From Saccharofermentans sp. (GTDB lineage Bacteria > Bacillota > Clostridia > Saccharofermentanales > Saccharofermentanaceae): a stretch of 64,000 bases of DNA. The notes under the pieces are model-generated. The model did no database searches. It was not told where the DNA came from and saw nothing but the letters and a program-made list of their open reading frames with translations. Position numbers and translations under genes: made by a program. The stretch covers positions 29,267-93,266 of the forward strand of contig JAIKWA010000090.1 of assembly GCA_024685135.1 (NCBI GenBank), written 5' to 3'. Of the stretch, positions 47,732 to 57,304 are shown in pieces; position 1 is the stretch's first letter; each line of letters opens with the position of its first letter.

Positions 47732-49882
47732 ATGCCTACAATGACATCTTGGTTAATCGTACTTGGTGTAGTCATCCTTACGATGTTCTATATCGGTTAC
47801 AACTACTTCCGCATTAAGAAGATGCCTGAGGGAACAGCTGACATGATCGAATTGTCAGGTATCATCCGTTCAGGAGCTCAGACTTTTCTTAAGACGGAAT
47901 TTAAGAGTATCGGCATGGTAGTTGCCTGCGTTGCTATCGTCTTCACATTATTCGTTGAGAAGACTTCCGGTATCACATTCATTCTCGGTGCTTTGATGAG
48001 CTCCATCGTTTGTGTACTCGGTATGCAGAGCGCAACTTATGCTAATGTTCGTACTTCAAACAAGGCCAGAGAGAGCCTTTCCATCGGAGAGACCGTTAAG
48101 GTAGCTCTTTGCGGCGGTTCTATAAGCGGACTTGCTGTTCAGGCTTTCGGTATGTTCGGATTCCTTATCGTTCTTCTCGTATTCGGAGACATTAACCATG
48201 ATGCGGTAAGCTCAGGATTCTTCCTTGGTCTCAAGTGTAATCCTTTCATCATGAGAATATCCACATATTCTCTCGGCTGCTCCATCGTTGCTATGTTTAA
48301 CCGTGTTGCAGGCGGTAACTACACAAAGGCAGCTGACATCTCTTCAGATATCTTAGGTAAGCTCCGTCACGATCTCCCTGAGGATGACTCAAGAATCCCC
48401 AACACGATCGCTGACTTCATCGGTGATAACGTAAACGACATCGCAGGTAACTGCTCTGACCTTCTCGAGTCATTCGTTGCTACAATGTCTGCTTCCGTTA
48501 TGATCGCAGTAACTTTATATCAGACACACAACGCAAGTGTTTCTGAGGCTGCTTTCAAGGCTACAACACTTTTCCCGATCCTCCTCGCAGGTTCAGGTCT
48601 CGTTGGCTGCCTTATCGGTCTCGGCCTTGCTAACATCAAGAAGATGAGCGACAACCCCTCCAAGGAGCTCGACCTCTCTACTTGGATCTCCGCAGGATGC
48701 ACGATCGTATTCGGCGGCGTTATCTCTTACTTCGTATTCAAGAATGTACCCGCAGCTGACTTCGAACTCTATGGCTTCAAGCTCGGTTGGGCTTCTCCCT
48801 GGGTTTCTTCAGTAATGGGTATCATCGCAGGTGTAGCTATCGGCGTAATCACAGAGTACTACACATCAACAGATCACAAGCCTACAAGAGAGCTTGCTGA
48901 GATGTGCACAGAGGGTGAAGCTTTCGTAGTAACAAAGGGTGACGCTGTCGGTTCAAGATCAGTTCTTCTCCCTGTATTCGTTATCATCGTAGCTCTTATC
49001 GTATCCGGTGTTATCGGTTCTTCATACGGTATCGCTATCGCAGCTCTCGGTATGCTCGCATTCGTTGGTGCTACGGTTTCCATCGATGCTTTCGGTCCTA
49101 TCGCAGACAACGCAGGCGGACTTGCAGAAGCATGCCACCTCGATCCTGATGTACGTAAGATCACAGATAAGCTCGATGCAGTTGGTAACACAACAGCAGC
49201 TATCGGTAAGGGTTTTGCTATCGGTTCTGCAGCATTCGCTACAGTTTCCCTCATCATGGCATTCGTTGGTAACTACACAGATACAGCAGCTGAGGGCTTC
49301 ACTGAGCTCTCACTCAACTTCGCTTCATTCTTCGTTGTTGCAGGCGGTATCTTAGGCGGCGCTCTCGTAGAGTACTTCAGCGCTATGCTTACAGATAACA
49401 CCATTGACTCTGCAAAGATCATGGCTGATGTCGGCGACAAGCAGATGACACAGGAAGTATTGGACGGTAAGGCTAAGCCTGACTACAACATGATGATCGA
49501 GATGGCAGCTAAGGAAGCTATCCGCAAGATGGTTCTTCCTTCACTTCTGGCTCTCCTCATCCCTGTAATCGGCGGCTTCATCTTAGGACCTGAATTCGTC
49601 GGCGGTATCCTTGTTGGTGCTACGATCGTTGCTATCCCGAGAGCTATCTTCATGGGTAACTCCGGCGGTGCGTTCGACAACGCTAAGAAGTACATCGAGC
49701 AGGGTATGCTCGAGGGCCACGGCAAGGGTTCTCCCGCGCACAAGGCTTCCGTTACGGGTGATACGATCGGTGATACACGTAAGGACGTTGTAGGCGTTGC
49801 TCTTGATATCTTCATCAAGCTCATGTCTACAGTAGCTAACACAATAGCTCCTATCATCAACAGATATCACATCATCAAGTAA
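47732..49882 (+). CDS. hppA: Membrane-bound ion-translocating pyrophosphatase, K+-dependent type
   Basis: Start at ATG 47732 after RBS AGGAGGAGG. 'GDNVNDIAG', 'DNAGG' and 'GDTIGD' motifs. 'GNTTAAIGKG' carries the Ala that marks K+-dependent enzymes. Confidence 0.9.
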   Translation: MPTMTSWLIVLGVVILTMFYIGYNYFRIKKMPEGTADMIELSGIIRSGAQTFLKTEFKSIGMVVACVAIVFTLFVEKTSGITFILGALMSSIVCVLGMQSATYANVRTSNKARESLSIGETVKVALCGGSISGLAVQAFGMFGFLIVLLVFGDINHDAVSSGFFLGLKCNPFIMRISTYSLGCSIVAMFNRVAGGNYTKAADISSDILGKLRHDLPEDDSRIPNTIADFIGDNVNDIAGNCSDLLESFVATMSASVMIAVTLYQTHNASVSEAAFKATTLFPILLAGSGLVGCLIGLGLANIKKMSDNPSKELDLSTWISAGCTIVFGGVISYFVFKNVPAADFELYGFKLGWASPWVSSVMGIIAGVAIGVITEYYTSTDHKPTRELAEMCTEGEAFVVTKGDAVGSRSVLLPVFVIIVALIVSGVIGSSYGIAIAALGMLAFVGATVSIDAFGPIADNAGGLAEACHLDPDVRKITDKLDAVGNTTAAIGKGFAIGSAAFATVSLIMAFVGNYTDTAAEGFTELSLNFASFFVVAGGILGGALVEYFSAMLTDNTIDSAKIMADVGDKQMTQEVLDGKAKPDYNMMIEMAAKEAIRKMVLPSLLALLIPVIGGFILGPEFVGGILVGATIVAIPRAIFMGNSGGAFDNAKKYIEQGMLEGHGKGSPAHKASVTGDTIGDTRKDVVGVALDIFIKLMSTVANTIAPIINRYHIIK

Positions 49883-49902
49883 TCTTATTACCCCGAAAAC
49901 AG

Positions 49903-49932
49903 TGCGCCCGGCAAACCCGGGCGCATTTACTT
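49903..49932 (+). terminator. Rho-independent terminator of hppA
   Basis: TGCGCCCGG-CAAAC-CCGGGCGCA, a 9-bp GC-rich stem, followed by TTTACTTT. Confidence 0.65.
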
Positions 49933-49959
49933 TACAAAACAAAACCCAAATGCTATTAT
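49931..49959 (+). promoter_or_regulatory. Candidate sigma-A promoter of rpsO
   Basis: TTTACA (49931-49936), 17-nt spacer, TATTAT (49954-49959). Confidence 0.45.
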
Positions 49960-50044
49960 ATGCGGGTTGCCCACAACGCAGATCTTGGAGTCTTCCGACC
50001 TTTATCTTCGTTCCGGGTGTATTAAATTATCAGGAGGAATGCTT

Positions 50045-50314
50045 ATGTCAGCAGTAAAATTCGACAAGCAGGCAATCATCAAGGAGTATCAGCTCGCAGA
50101 GGGCGATACAGGTTCACCGGAGGTTCAGGTAGCTCTCCTTACATACAGGATCAACCACCTCACAGAACATCTCAAGTCCCACAAGGGTGACCACCACAGC
50201 AGAAGAGGTCTTCTCATGATGGTTGGTAAGAGAAGAAACATTCTTGATTACCTCGCATCTATCGATATCGAGCGTTACAGAACACTTATCGCAAAGCTTG
50301 GTATCAGAAAGTAA
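50045..50314 (+). CDS. rpsO: 30S ribosomal protein S15
   Basis: 89 aa starting at ATG 50045 after RBS AGGAGG. '[38 protein letters not shown]' is the S15 signature. Confidence 0.95.
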   Translation: MSAVKFDKQAIIKEYQLAEGDTGSPEVQVALLTYRINHLTEHLKSHKGDHHSRRGLLMMVGKRRNILDYLASIDIERYRTLIAKLGIRK

Positions 50315-50336
50315 TCTTAATCGATTATTTGACCTT

Positions 50337-50371
50337 AAGAGTTGTCTCATACGAGACAACTCTTTTATTTT
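50337..50371 (+). terminator. Rho-independent terminator of rpsO
   Basis: AAGAGTTGTCTC-ATAC-GAGACAACTCTT, a perfect 12-bp stem, followed by TTTATTTT. Confidence 0.85.
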
Positions 50372-50439
50372 GAACTTTTTAAGCAAAAACACTTCTTATG
50401 TTTTATAATTAAGTATCAAATTAATATGTGGAGTTTAAT

Positions 50440-52368
50440 ATGCTTGACGGTTTTATAAGAGTAGGCGCTGCCAGCCCGATGCTGAAAGTAGCTGATGTCG
50501 ATTACAATATATCCCGGATAATCTCATGTGCAAAGGAAGCAGCAGATAGTTCCTGCTCTCTTTTGGTATTTCCTGAGCTTTCAATAACAGGTTATACCTG
50601 CGCGGATCTGTTTAGCCAGAATGCGCTTCTTGCCAAGGCCAAGAAGGGTATGTACGAGATCGCAGAGCAGACTAAGGATATCAATACCATAATCGTCGCA
50701 GGTCTGCCCCTGGTAGTATCCGATAAGCTCTACAATTGTGCTTGCGTCATCTACAAGGGTGATGTAATAGGTATCGTGCCCAAGACTAATATCCCCAATT
50801 ACAACGAGTTCTACGAGATGAGGCATTTTACTCCTTATGAGGATAAGGGCCTTATCTATATAGATGACGAGATCTGCTTCGGAAGATCCGTATTTAACTG
50901 TTCGGGCCTTTCTTTTGCAGTCGAGATCTGTGAGGATCTCTGGGTTCCTTCAAGCCCTTCTGTTGACTATGTTAAGCACGGGGCCAAGATCATATGCAAC
51001 CTGTCTTGCTCAGATGAGATCATCGGCAAGGCAAGATTCAGAAGAGACCTCGTCAAGATGCAGTCAGCCAAGCTCATGGCAGCTTATATCTATGCTGATT
51101 CAGGCATCGGTGAATCCACGCAGGATCTCGTGTTTGCAGGTCACGATCTCATCGCAGAGAACGGCCAGCTCCTTGCTGAATCCAAGAGATTTGCAGGCGG
51201 CACTCAAGATGATGTCATCATCTACTCGGATATCGACCTTGAGAGGCTCGATTCCGACAGGAGAAGGGCAAATACTTATATAACAGATGTAGCAGGAGAC
51301 GACTATATAAACTCTCTTACATTTACGGCAGATCTTCCTGACATTAAACCCGACAGGAAGATAAGCCCAACTCCGTTCGTCCCTAGAAGCGATAAGGATC
51401 TTGAAGCAAGATGTGAAGACATCCTCAATATGCAGGCTGCAGGCCTTCTTACAAGACTTAAGGCCATCAATTGCAGTAAGGCTGTCATCGGTCTGTCAGG
51501 CGGTCTCGATTCGACTCTCGCTCTTATCGTTACCATCCATGCCTTCGATAGATTAGGTTTAGGCCGCAAGGGCATAATCACTGTTAATATGCCGGGATTC
51601 GGTACTACGAGCAGGACCAGGAACAATGCCATGAGCCTTGCTGCTGAATACGGCTGCACATTAAAGGAGATATCCATCTCCGATTCCGTCATGCAGCACT
51701 TTAAGGATATCGAGCACGATCCTGATGTAACTGACATTACATACGAGAACTCCCAGGCAAGAGAGAGGACACAGATCCTCATGGATATCGCAAACCAGGA
51801 GGGCGGCCTTGTAATAGGCACCGGCGATATGTCCGAGCTCGCTCTGGGCTGGGCTACATATAACGGCGATCACATGTCGATGTACGGCGTTAACTGCTCT
51901 ATCCCCAAGACCTTGGTAAGATACTTGGTATCCTACGAAGCGCAGAGAACAAAGAGCATAAGCGAGAGCCTGTCAACGGCGCTTGCAGACATAGTCGACA
52001 CACCTGTATCTCCCGAGCTTTTACCTCCAACGGAAGACGGCAAGATCTCACAGAAGACTGAAGAGCAGGTGGGTCCTTACGAACTTCACGATTTCTTCCT
52101 TTATTACTTTATCAGGTTCGGTTTTACCCCTTCCAAGATCTATCGTCTCGCACTCATTGCCTTTGACGGCAAGTACGACAGCGATACTATCTACAAGTGG
52201 GAAGAGGTATTCATCCGCAGGTTCTTTGCTCAGCAGTTCAAGCGTTCCTGCGTTCCCGACGGCCCTAAGGTCGGTACTGTAAGCTTATCTCCGAGAGGCG
52301 ACTGGAGAATGCCTACGGATGCAAAGCGCGACCTCTGGCTCGAAGACCTTAAGAGCGTTAAGGCTTAA
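50440..52368 (+). CDS. nadE: Glutamine-dependent NAD+ synthetase
   Basis: About 642 aa. N-terminal CN-hydrolase domain ('FPEL', 'VEICEDLW') plus a C-terminal NAD-synthetase PP-loop 'GLSGGLDS'. ATG 50440 preferred over GTG 50428. Confidence 0.9.
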   Translation: MLDGFIRVGAASPMLKVADVDYNISRIISCAKEAADSSCSLLVFPELSITGYTCADLFSQNALLAKAKKGMYEIAEQTKDINTIIVAGLPLVVSDKLYNCACVIYKGDVIGIVPKTNIPNYNEFYEMRHFTPYEDKGLIYIDDEICFGRSVFNCSGLSFAVEICEDLWVPSSPSVDYVKHGAKIICNLSCSDEIIGKARFRRDLVKMQSAKLMAAYIYADSGIGESTQDLVFAGHDLIAENGQLLAESKRFAGGTQDDVIIYSDIDLERLDSDRRRANTYITDVAGDDYINSLTFTADLPDIKPDRKISPTPFVPRSDKDLEARCEDILNMQAAGLLTRLKAINCSKAVIGLSGGLDSTLALIVTIHAFDRLGLGRKGIITVNMPGFGTTSRTRNNAMSLAAEYGCTLKEISISDSVMQHFKDIEHDPDVTDITYENSQARERTQILMDIANQEGGLVIGTGDMSELALGWATYNGDHMSMYGVNCSIPKTLVRYLVSYEAQRTKSISESLSTALADIVDTPVSPELLPPTEDGKISQKTEEQVGPYELHDFFLYYFIRFGFTPSKIYRLALIAFDGKYDSDTIYKWEEVFIRRFFAQQFKRSCVPDGPKVGTVSLSPRGDWRMPTDAKRDLWLEDLKSVKA

Positions 52369-52414
52369 ATTTAAAGCGGTATAATATTTTTTCGAGAAGG
52401 AGAAGTGTGCAACT

Positions 52415-53527
52415 ATGAGAATCAGCTGCGTAAAAGAGATCAAGAACAACGAATTCCGTGTCGGTATCACACCTGACAATGCCAAGGAATATGTTAGGGC
52501 AGGTCATGAGGTCTACATCGAAGCGGGTGCGGGCGAAGGTTCCGGCTTTACGGACGAAGAGTATAAGGAAGCGGGAGCTATCCTTACAGATGCCAAGACT
52601 TGCTGGGATAAGGCAGAGATGATGGTCAAGGTTAAAGAACCCCTTCCGTCTGAATATCCTCTCTTCCACGACGGCCTCATCCTCTATACATATCTTCATC
52701 TTGCTGCCAACAGACAGCAGACAGATGCCCTTTTAAACGGCAAGGTAAAGGGAGTTGCATACGAGACATTGCTCGAGACAAATAACTCTCTGCCTCTGCT
52801 CATCCCCATGAGCCAGATCGCAGGAAGACTCAGCATCCAGGAAGGCGCAAAATACTTAGAGAAGCGTTTCGGCGGCGAGGGCGTCCTGCTTGCAGGTGTT
52901 CCGGGCACCCCCAAGGCTAATGTAGTAATAATCGGTGCCGGTACAGTAGGCGCTAATGCCTGCAAGATCGCAGTCGGTATGGGCGCTAATGTAACAGTCA
53001 TCGACATCAACTTAAGAAGACTCGAGCAGTTAGACGACCAGTACGGCTCATCCATCCAGACTCTCGTATCTACAGATACAAATATCGAGAGGGCAGTTAA
53101 GACGGCAGACCTCGTTATCGGTTCCGTTCTTATCCCCGGTAAGGCTGCTCCCAAGCTCTTCAAGAAGAAGTATCTCAAGGAGATGAAGCCCGGCGCTGTT
53201 TTCGTTGACGTTGCAGTAGATCAGGGCGGCTGCGGTGAGACAACAAAGGAAACGACACATGACGATCCTATCTTCGTAGAAGACGGCGTCGTACATTACT
53301 GTGTAGGCAATATGCCGGGTGCTGTTCCGAGAACCTCAACCATCGCACTCACAAATGCGACGGTTAAGTACGGTCTTCAGATCGCAGCATCAGGACTTGA
53401 AGAAGCCTGCAAGAAGAATCCCGTCATCTACTCGGCTATCAACACATACGACGGCAAGCTCACTTGCAAGAACGTCGCAGACAGCTTCGAGGATTGTGAA
53501 TACACGGACATCAAGTCATTGTTCTGA
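52415..53527 (+). CDS. ald: Alanine dehydrogenase
   Basis: 370 aa. 'VKEIKNNEFRVGITP', 'VKVKEP', 'IIGAGTVG' and 'VDVAVDQGG' Ald motifs. Confidence 0.9.
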   Translation: MRISCVKEIKNNEFRVGITPDNAKEYVRAGHEVYIEAGAGEGSGFTDEEYKEAGAILTDAKTCWDKAEMMVKVKEPLPSEYPLFHDGLILYTYLHLAANRQQTDALLNGKVKGVAYETLLETNNSLPLLIPMSQIAGRLSIQEGAKYLEKRFGGEGVLLAGVPGTPKANVVIIGAGTVGANACKIAVGMGANVTVIDINLRRLEQLDDQYGSSIQTLVSTDTNIERAVKTADLVIGSVLIPGKAAPKLFKKKYLKEMKPGAVFVDVAVDQGGCGETTKETTHDDPIFVEDGVVHYCVGNMPGAVPRTSTIALTNATVKYGLQIAASGLEEACKKNPVIYSAINTYDGKLTCKNVADSFEDCEYTDIKSLF

Positions 53528-53535
53528 CAGATCTG

Positions 53536-53569
53536 ATCGGGTGATAGCGATATCACCCGATTTTCTTTT
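53536..53569 (+). terminator. Rho-independent terminator of ald
   Basis: ATCGGGTGATA-GCGA-TATCACCCGAT, an 11-bp stem, followed by TTTTCTTTT. Confidence 0.85.
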
Positions 53570-53579
53570 ATTTACAGAT

Positions 53580-53607
53580 TTGCCTTTAATTTTTATTAGT
53601 ATATAAT
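53580..53607 (+). promoter_or_regulatory. Candidate sigma-A promoter of pnp
   Basis: TTGCCT (53580-53585), 16-nt spacer, TATAAT (53602-53607). Confidence 0.5.
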
Positions 53608-53716
53608 TAAGAAGTTTAGCAAGGAGTGTAGTGTGTAGATTGGATGCCCGGGCACTTTGTCGGGACACCGAATCTACGTTCTACCTCCTTAAGAATTTAA
53701 TAAAGGAGACGTCTTT

Positions 53717-55957
53717 ATGGAAAAGATTTTCAAGACTGAGATTGCCGGCAGACCGTTAGTTGTCGAGACCGGTAAGATCGCACAGTTCGCAAACGGTTCA
53801 GCTCTCGTAAAGTACGGTGACACAACAGTTCTTTCAACTGTTACTGCATCCAAGAGCCCCCGTGACGGCATCGATTTCTTCCCGCTTTCTGTTGATTACG
53901 AGGAGAAGATGTACGCAGTAGGTAAGATCCCCGGCGGATTTTTAAAGAGAGAGGGAAGACCCGGAGAGAAGGCGATCCTCACATCACGTGTTATTGACCG
54001 TCCTGTCCGTCCTTTGTTCCCTAAGGATCTGAGAAACGATGTTTGCGTTAATAACCTCGTTATGTCAGTAGATCCCGATTGCTCACCTGAGATCACAGCA
54101 ATGCTCGGTACATCTATTGCTATCGCTATCTCCGATATCCCGTGGAAGGGACCTATCGGCGGCGTTGTATTAGGCCTCATCGATAACAAGACTGTTATCA
54201 ACCCTACATTAGAGCAGCGTCAGGAATCACAGATGTATGTTACCCTCGCAGGTACCCTCACAAAGATCTGCATGGTTGAGGCTGGCGCTAACGAAGTACC
54301 TGATGACATCATGCTCAATGCTATTGCTGAAGGTCACGAGGTGATCAAGCAGATCTGCGCATTCATCAACGAGATCGTAAGCGAGATCGGTAAGCCCAAG
54401 TTCGAATATGAGAGCGCTGATGTTCCCGAAGAGATCTTCGAGGCAGTTAAGGCTTTCGGTTGGGACAAGATGAGACAGGCAGTTCTCTCCAAGGATAAGG
54501 AAGTAAGAGATGCTAACGTTGATGCACTTCAGGAAGAAGTTGCAGCAATGCTCGAGGAGAAGGAAGAAGGCCTTTCCAAGTGGGCCGGCGATGCTATCTA
54601 CAAGCTCGAGAAGAAGGTCGTAAGAGATTATCTCTTCCGTGAGCATGTACGTGTTGACGGCAGAGCATTAGACGAGATCAGACCTCTGTCCTGCGCTGTT
54701 GACGTAGTTCCGAGAGTTCACGGTTCCGCACTCTTCCAGAGAGGTCAGACACAGGTAATGAACATCTGTACTTTGGCTCCTCTTGCTGAAGCTCAGAAGC
54801 TCGAAGGCCTCGATGAGCAGGAATATAAGAGATATATCCACCACTATAACTTCCCCGGTTATTCAACAGGTGAAGCTAAGCCTTCAAGAAGCCCCGGAAG
54901 AAGAGAGATCGGTCACGGTGCTCTCGCTGAGAGATCACTCATCCCCGTACTTCCTTCTGAAGAAGAGTTCCCTTATGCGATCAGAACAGTATCTGAGATC
55001 ACAATGAGTAACGGTTCCACATCACAGGGTTCCGTTTGTGCTTCAACACTCTCACTCATGGCTGCAGGTGTCCCTCTTAAGAGACCTGTTGCAGGTATCT
55101 CATCCGGTCTTATCACAGATCCCGACAATGAGGATAACTTCCTCGTATTCATGGATATCCAGGGTATCGAGGATTTCTTCGGCGACATGGACTTCAAGGT
55201 TGCAGGTACAACAGAAGGTATCACATCCATCCAGGTCGACATCAAGGTCGAGGGTCTCACATTAGACATCATCAAGGCTGCTTTCGAGATGACACATAAG
55301 GGAAGACTCCAGATCATCAACGATGTCATCCTTCCCCGTATCCCGGCACCCCGTGCTGAGCTTAACAAGTGGGCTCCGAGGATCATCTCCATGCAGGTAC
55401 CTGTTGACAAGATCAGAGAGGTCATCGGTTCAGGCGGAAAGGTCATCAACAAGATCATTGCTGACACAGGCGCTCAGATCAACATCAACGATGACGGTAT
55501 GGTATACATCTCTTCACCTGACCTCGAGGCTGCCGACAAGGCAAAGACCATCATCACAGGCATCGTTTCCGATCCTGAGGTAGGTACAGAGTACGACGGT
55601 ACAGTTACGAGACTTATGGATTTCGGCGCTTTCGTTGAATTCCTCCCCGGTAAGGAAGGCCTCGTACACATTTCCAAGATGGCCTGGAACAGAGTTGAGA
55701 AGGTCGAAGACGTTCTCCACGAGGGCGACAAGGTTCACGTCAAGCTCATCGAGATCGATTCACAGGGCAGACTCAATCTCTCCATCAGGGACTGCCTCCC
55801 GAAGCCTGAGGGCTTTGTAGAGGAAGAACCCAGGAGACGTGAGAACCGTCCTAACCGCGAGCGCCGCGGCGGTTTCGGAGGAAGGAACAATAACAACTCC
55901 GGCCGTGACAACGACTTCGGCGGCGAAGAAAGAAAGGGAAGAAGAAGGGAATTCTGA
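53717..55957 (+). CDS. pnp: Polyribonucleotide nucleotidyltransferase (PNPase) with an Arg/Gly-rich C-terminal tail
   Basis: 746 aa. Two RNase PH domains, a KH domain 'IGSGGKVINKI', an S1 domain 'GTVTRLMDFGAFVEF', then a 47-aa tail 'FVEEEPRRRENRPNRERRGGFGGRNNNNSGRDNDFGGEERKGRRREF'. Confidence 0.95.
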   Translation: MEKIFKTEIAGRPLVVETGKIAQFANGSALVKYGDTTVLSTVTASKSPRDGIDFFPLSVDYEEKMYAVGKIPGGFLKREGRPGEKAILTSRVIDRPVRPLFPKDLRNDVCVNNLVMSVDPDCSPEITAMLGTSIAIAISDIPWKGPIGGVVLGLIDNKTVINPTLEQRQESQMYVTLAGTLTKICMVEAGANEVPDDIMLNAIAEGHEVIKQICAFINEIVSEIGKPKFEYESADVPEEIFEAVKAFGWDKMRQAVLSKDKEVRDANVDALQEEVAAMLEEKEEGLSKWAGDAIYKLEKKVVRDYLFREHVRVDGRALDEIRPLSCAVDVVPRVHGSALFQRGQTQVMNICTLAPLAEAQKLEGLDEQEYKRYIHHYNFPGYSTGEAKPSRSPGRREIGHGALAERSLIPVLPSEEEFPYAIRTVSEITMSNGSTSQGSVCASTLSLMAAGVPLKRPVAGISSGLITDPDNEDNFLVFMDIQGIEDFFGDMDFKVAGTTEGITSIQVDIKVEGLTLDIIKAAFEMTHKGRLQIINDVILPRIPAPRAELNKWAPRIISMQVPVDKIREVIGSGGKVINKIIADTGAQININDDGMVYISSPDLEAADKAKTIITGIVSDPEVGTEYDGTVTRLMDFGAFVEFLPGKEGLVHISKMAWNRVEKVEDVLHEGDKVHVKLIEIDSQGRLNLSIRDCLPKPEGFVEEEPRRRENRPNRERRGGFGGRNNNNSGRDNDFGGEERKGRRREF

Positions 55958-56054
55958 TTTCCGTTAATTGAGGACTACTTAGGAGGGCCCGTGCATGACA
56001 GCTCTGATCATTTTGGAGACAGCGCGGGCCTTTCATATTTAAGGAACTGGACAA

Positions 56055-57284
56055 GTGAGTATTGAAGGCACGACATTTCGTAAGATAGCTTTTACGGCTG
56101 GTTTCCTGGTAACGGCTTCTGTTTTCGCAGGCTGCGCTTTTAACAGTCTGTCCGTGGGCCTTGGCAATGCGGTACCGGTTGACGCGGAGCTGTTTGTCCC
56201 GGCGGCAAATGCTCCGGAATATGTTGCTTATGATGAGACCACTCCTGCTGCTTCCGATGAGACCACCCCCGCTGAGACTTCCGGTGAAACCACTGCGGAA
56301 GCCACAACTTCCGGGACGGCGGCTTCAGAGACTTCAACTGAAGAGACTGCAACTGAGGAGACTGCGGAAAACACTGCCACTCCCACACCTTTGAGCGTTA
56401 AGGTTTCTTTTGCAGGTGACACGACCCTTTGTTCTGATGCGCGTACTTACAAGCATTTCGATTCTGTCGTTAAGAAAAGATGGGATTATCCTTTCAAGAA
56501 GTGCAAGCAGTATTTCCAGAATGATGACCTTACTCTGGTAAACTGCGAAATGGCTATCACGAACAACAAATCATATAGAAAGAAGGCATTCGTCTTTGCG
56601 ATGAAGCCTGAGGGTATCAAGTACTTTAAGCGTGGCGGTATCGAAGCGGTCAATCTCGCAAACAATCACACTCTGGATTTCGGACAGTCAGGCCTCAAGG
56701 ATACACGCAAGAATCTTACCAAGGCAGGCATACTGTGGAGCGACACATCCAACTATTCGATCTTTACCGCAAAGAACGGCATTAAGATCGGTATGTGCGG
56801 ATACACATCAACAGGCGGTCTGAGCAGGACATATAAGCTCATCAAGACTTTGAGGAGCAAAGGATGTCAGATAGTAATAGTCTCCTGCCACTGGGGTATA
56901 GAGGCTACTTACAAGCAGACTAAGAGCCAGACCAAGAGAGGCCGCGCGCTCATCAATCACGGAGCTGACATCGTCGTAGGAACACATCCTCACAGACTCC
57001 AGCCTATCGAGGTCTACAAGGGAAAATACATTCTCTACAGCATCGGAAATTTCTGCTTTGGCGGACACACTAATCCCAGCGATCCCGATTCCGTCATCAT
57101 CCAGTGCACTTTCGTAATGGATGAGACCGGCAAGAAGGTTGCGGATTACAGGCTTAATGTCATTCCGTATTCCTTAAGGAGCAGCAAGAGGGGAAATGAC
57201 TATTGCCCGAAGCCCTATGCATTTGAAAGCAAAGCTTATGACAGAGTAATGTCGCGTCTCAACTGGGCTCAGGGAGACGAGTGA
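56055..57284 (+). CDS. CapA/PgsA-family metallophosphoesterase lipoprotein
   Basis: 409 aa with a GTG start. Signal peptide with lipobox 'VFAGC', a Thr/Glu/Ala-rich linker, then CapA motifs 'FAGD', 'NCE', 'NLANNH', 'CHWG' and 'GTHPH'. Confidence 0.7.
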   Translation: MSIEGTTFRKIAFTAGFLVTASVFAGCAFNSLSVGLGNAVPVDAELFVPAANAPEYVAYDETTPAASDETTPAETSGETTAEATTSGTAASETSTEETATEETAENTATPTPLSVKVSFAGDTTLCSDARTYKHFDSVVKKRWDYPFKKCKQYFQNDDLTLVNCEMAITNNKSYRKKAFVFAMKPEGIKYFKRGGIEAVNLANNHTLDFGQSGLKDTRKNLTKAGILWSDTSNYSIFTAKNGIKIGMCGYTSTGGLSRTYKLIKTLRSKGCQIVIVSCHWGIEATYKQTKSQTKRGRALINHGADIVVGTHPHRLQPIEVYKGKYILYSIGNFCFGGHTNPSDPDSVIIQCTFVMDETGKKVADYRLNVIPYSLRSSKRGNDYCPKPYAFESKAYDRVMSRLNWAQGDE

Positions 57285-57304
57285 TAAAAGGAGGAGAGGT
57301 TAAT

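Noticed and set aside
49960-50044. Possible S15 autoregulatory leader upstream of rpsO
   Set aside because: I looked for a three-way-junction or pseudoknot mimic. I found only short, ambiguous pairings (AACG/CGTT, CCC/GGG), which is not enough to call a structured element without a covariance model.
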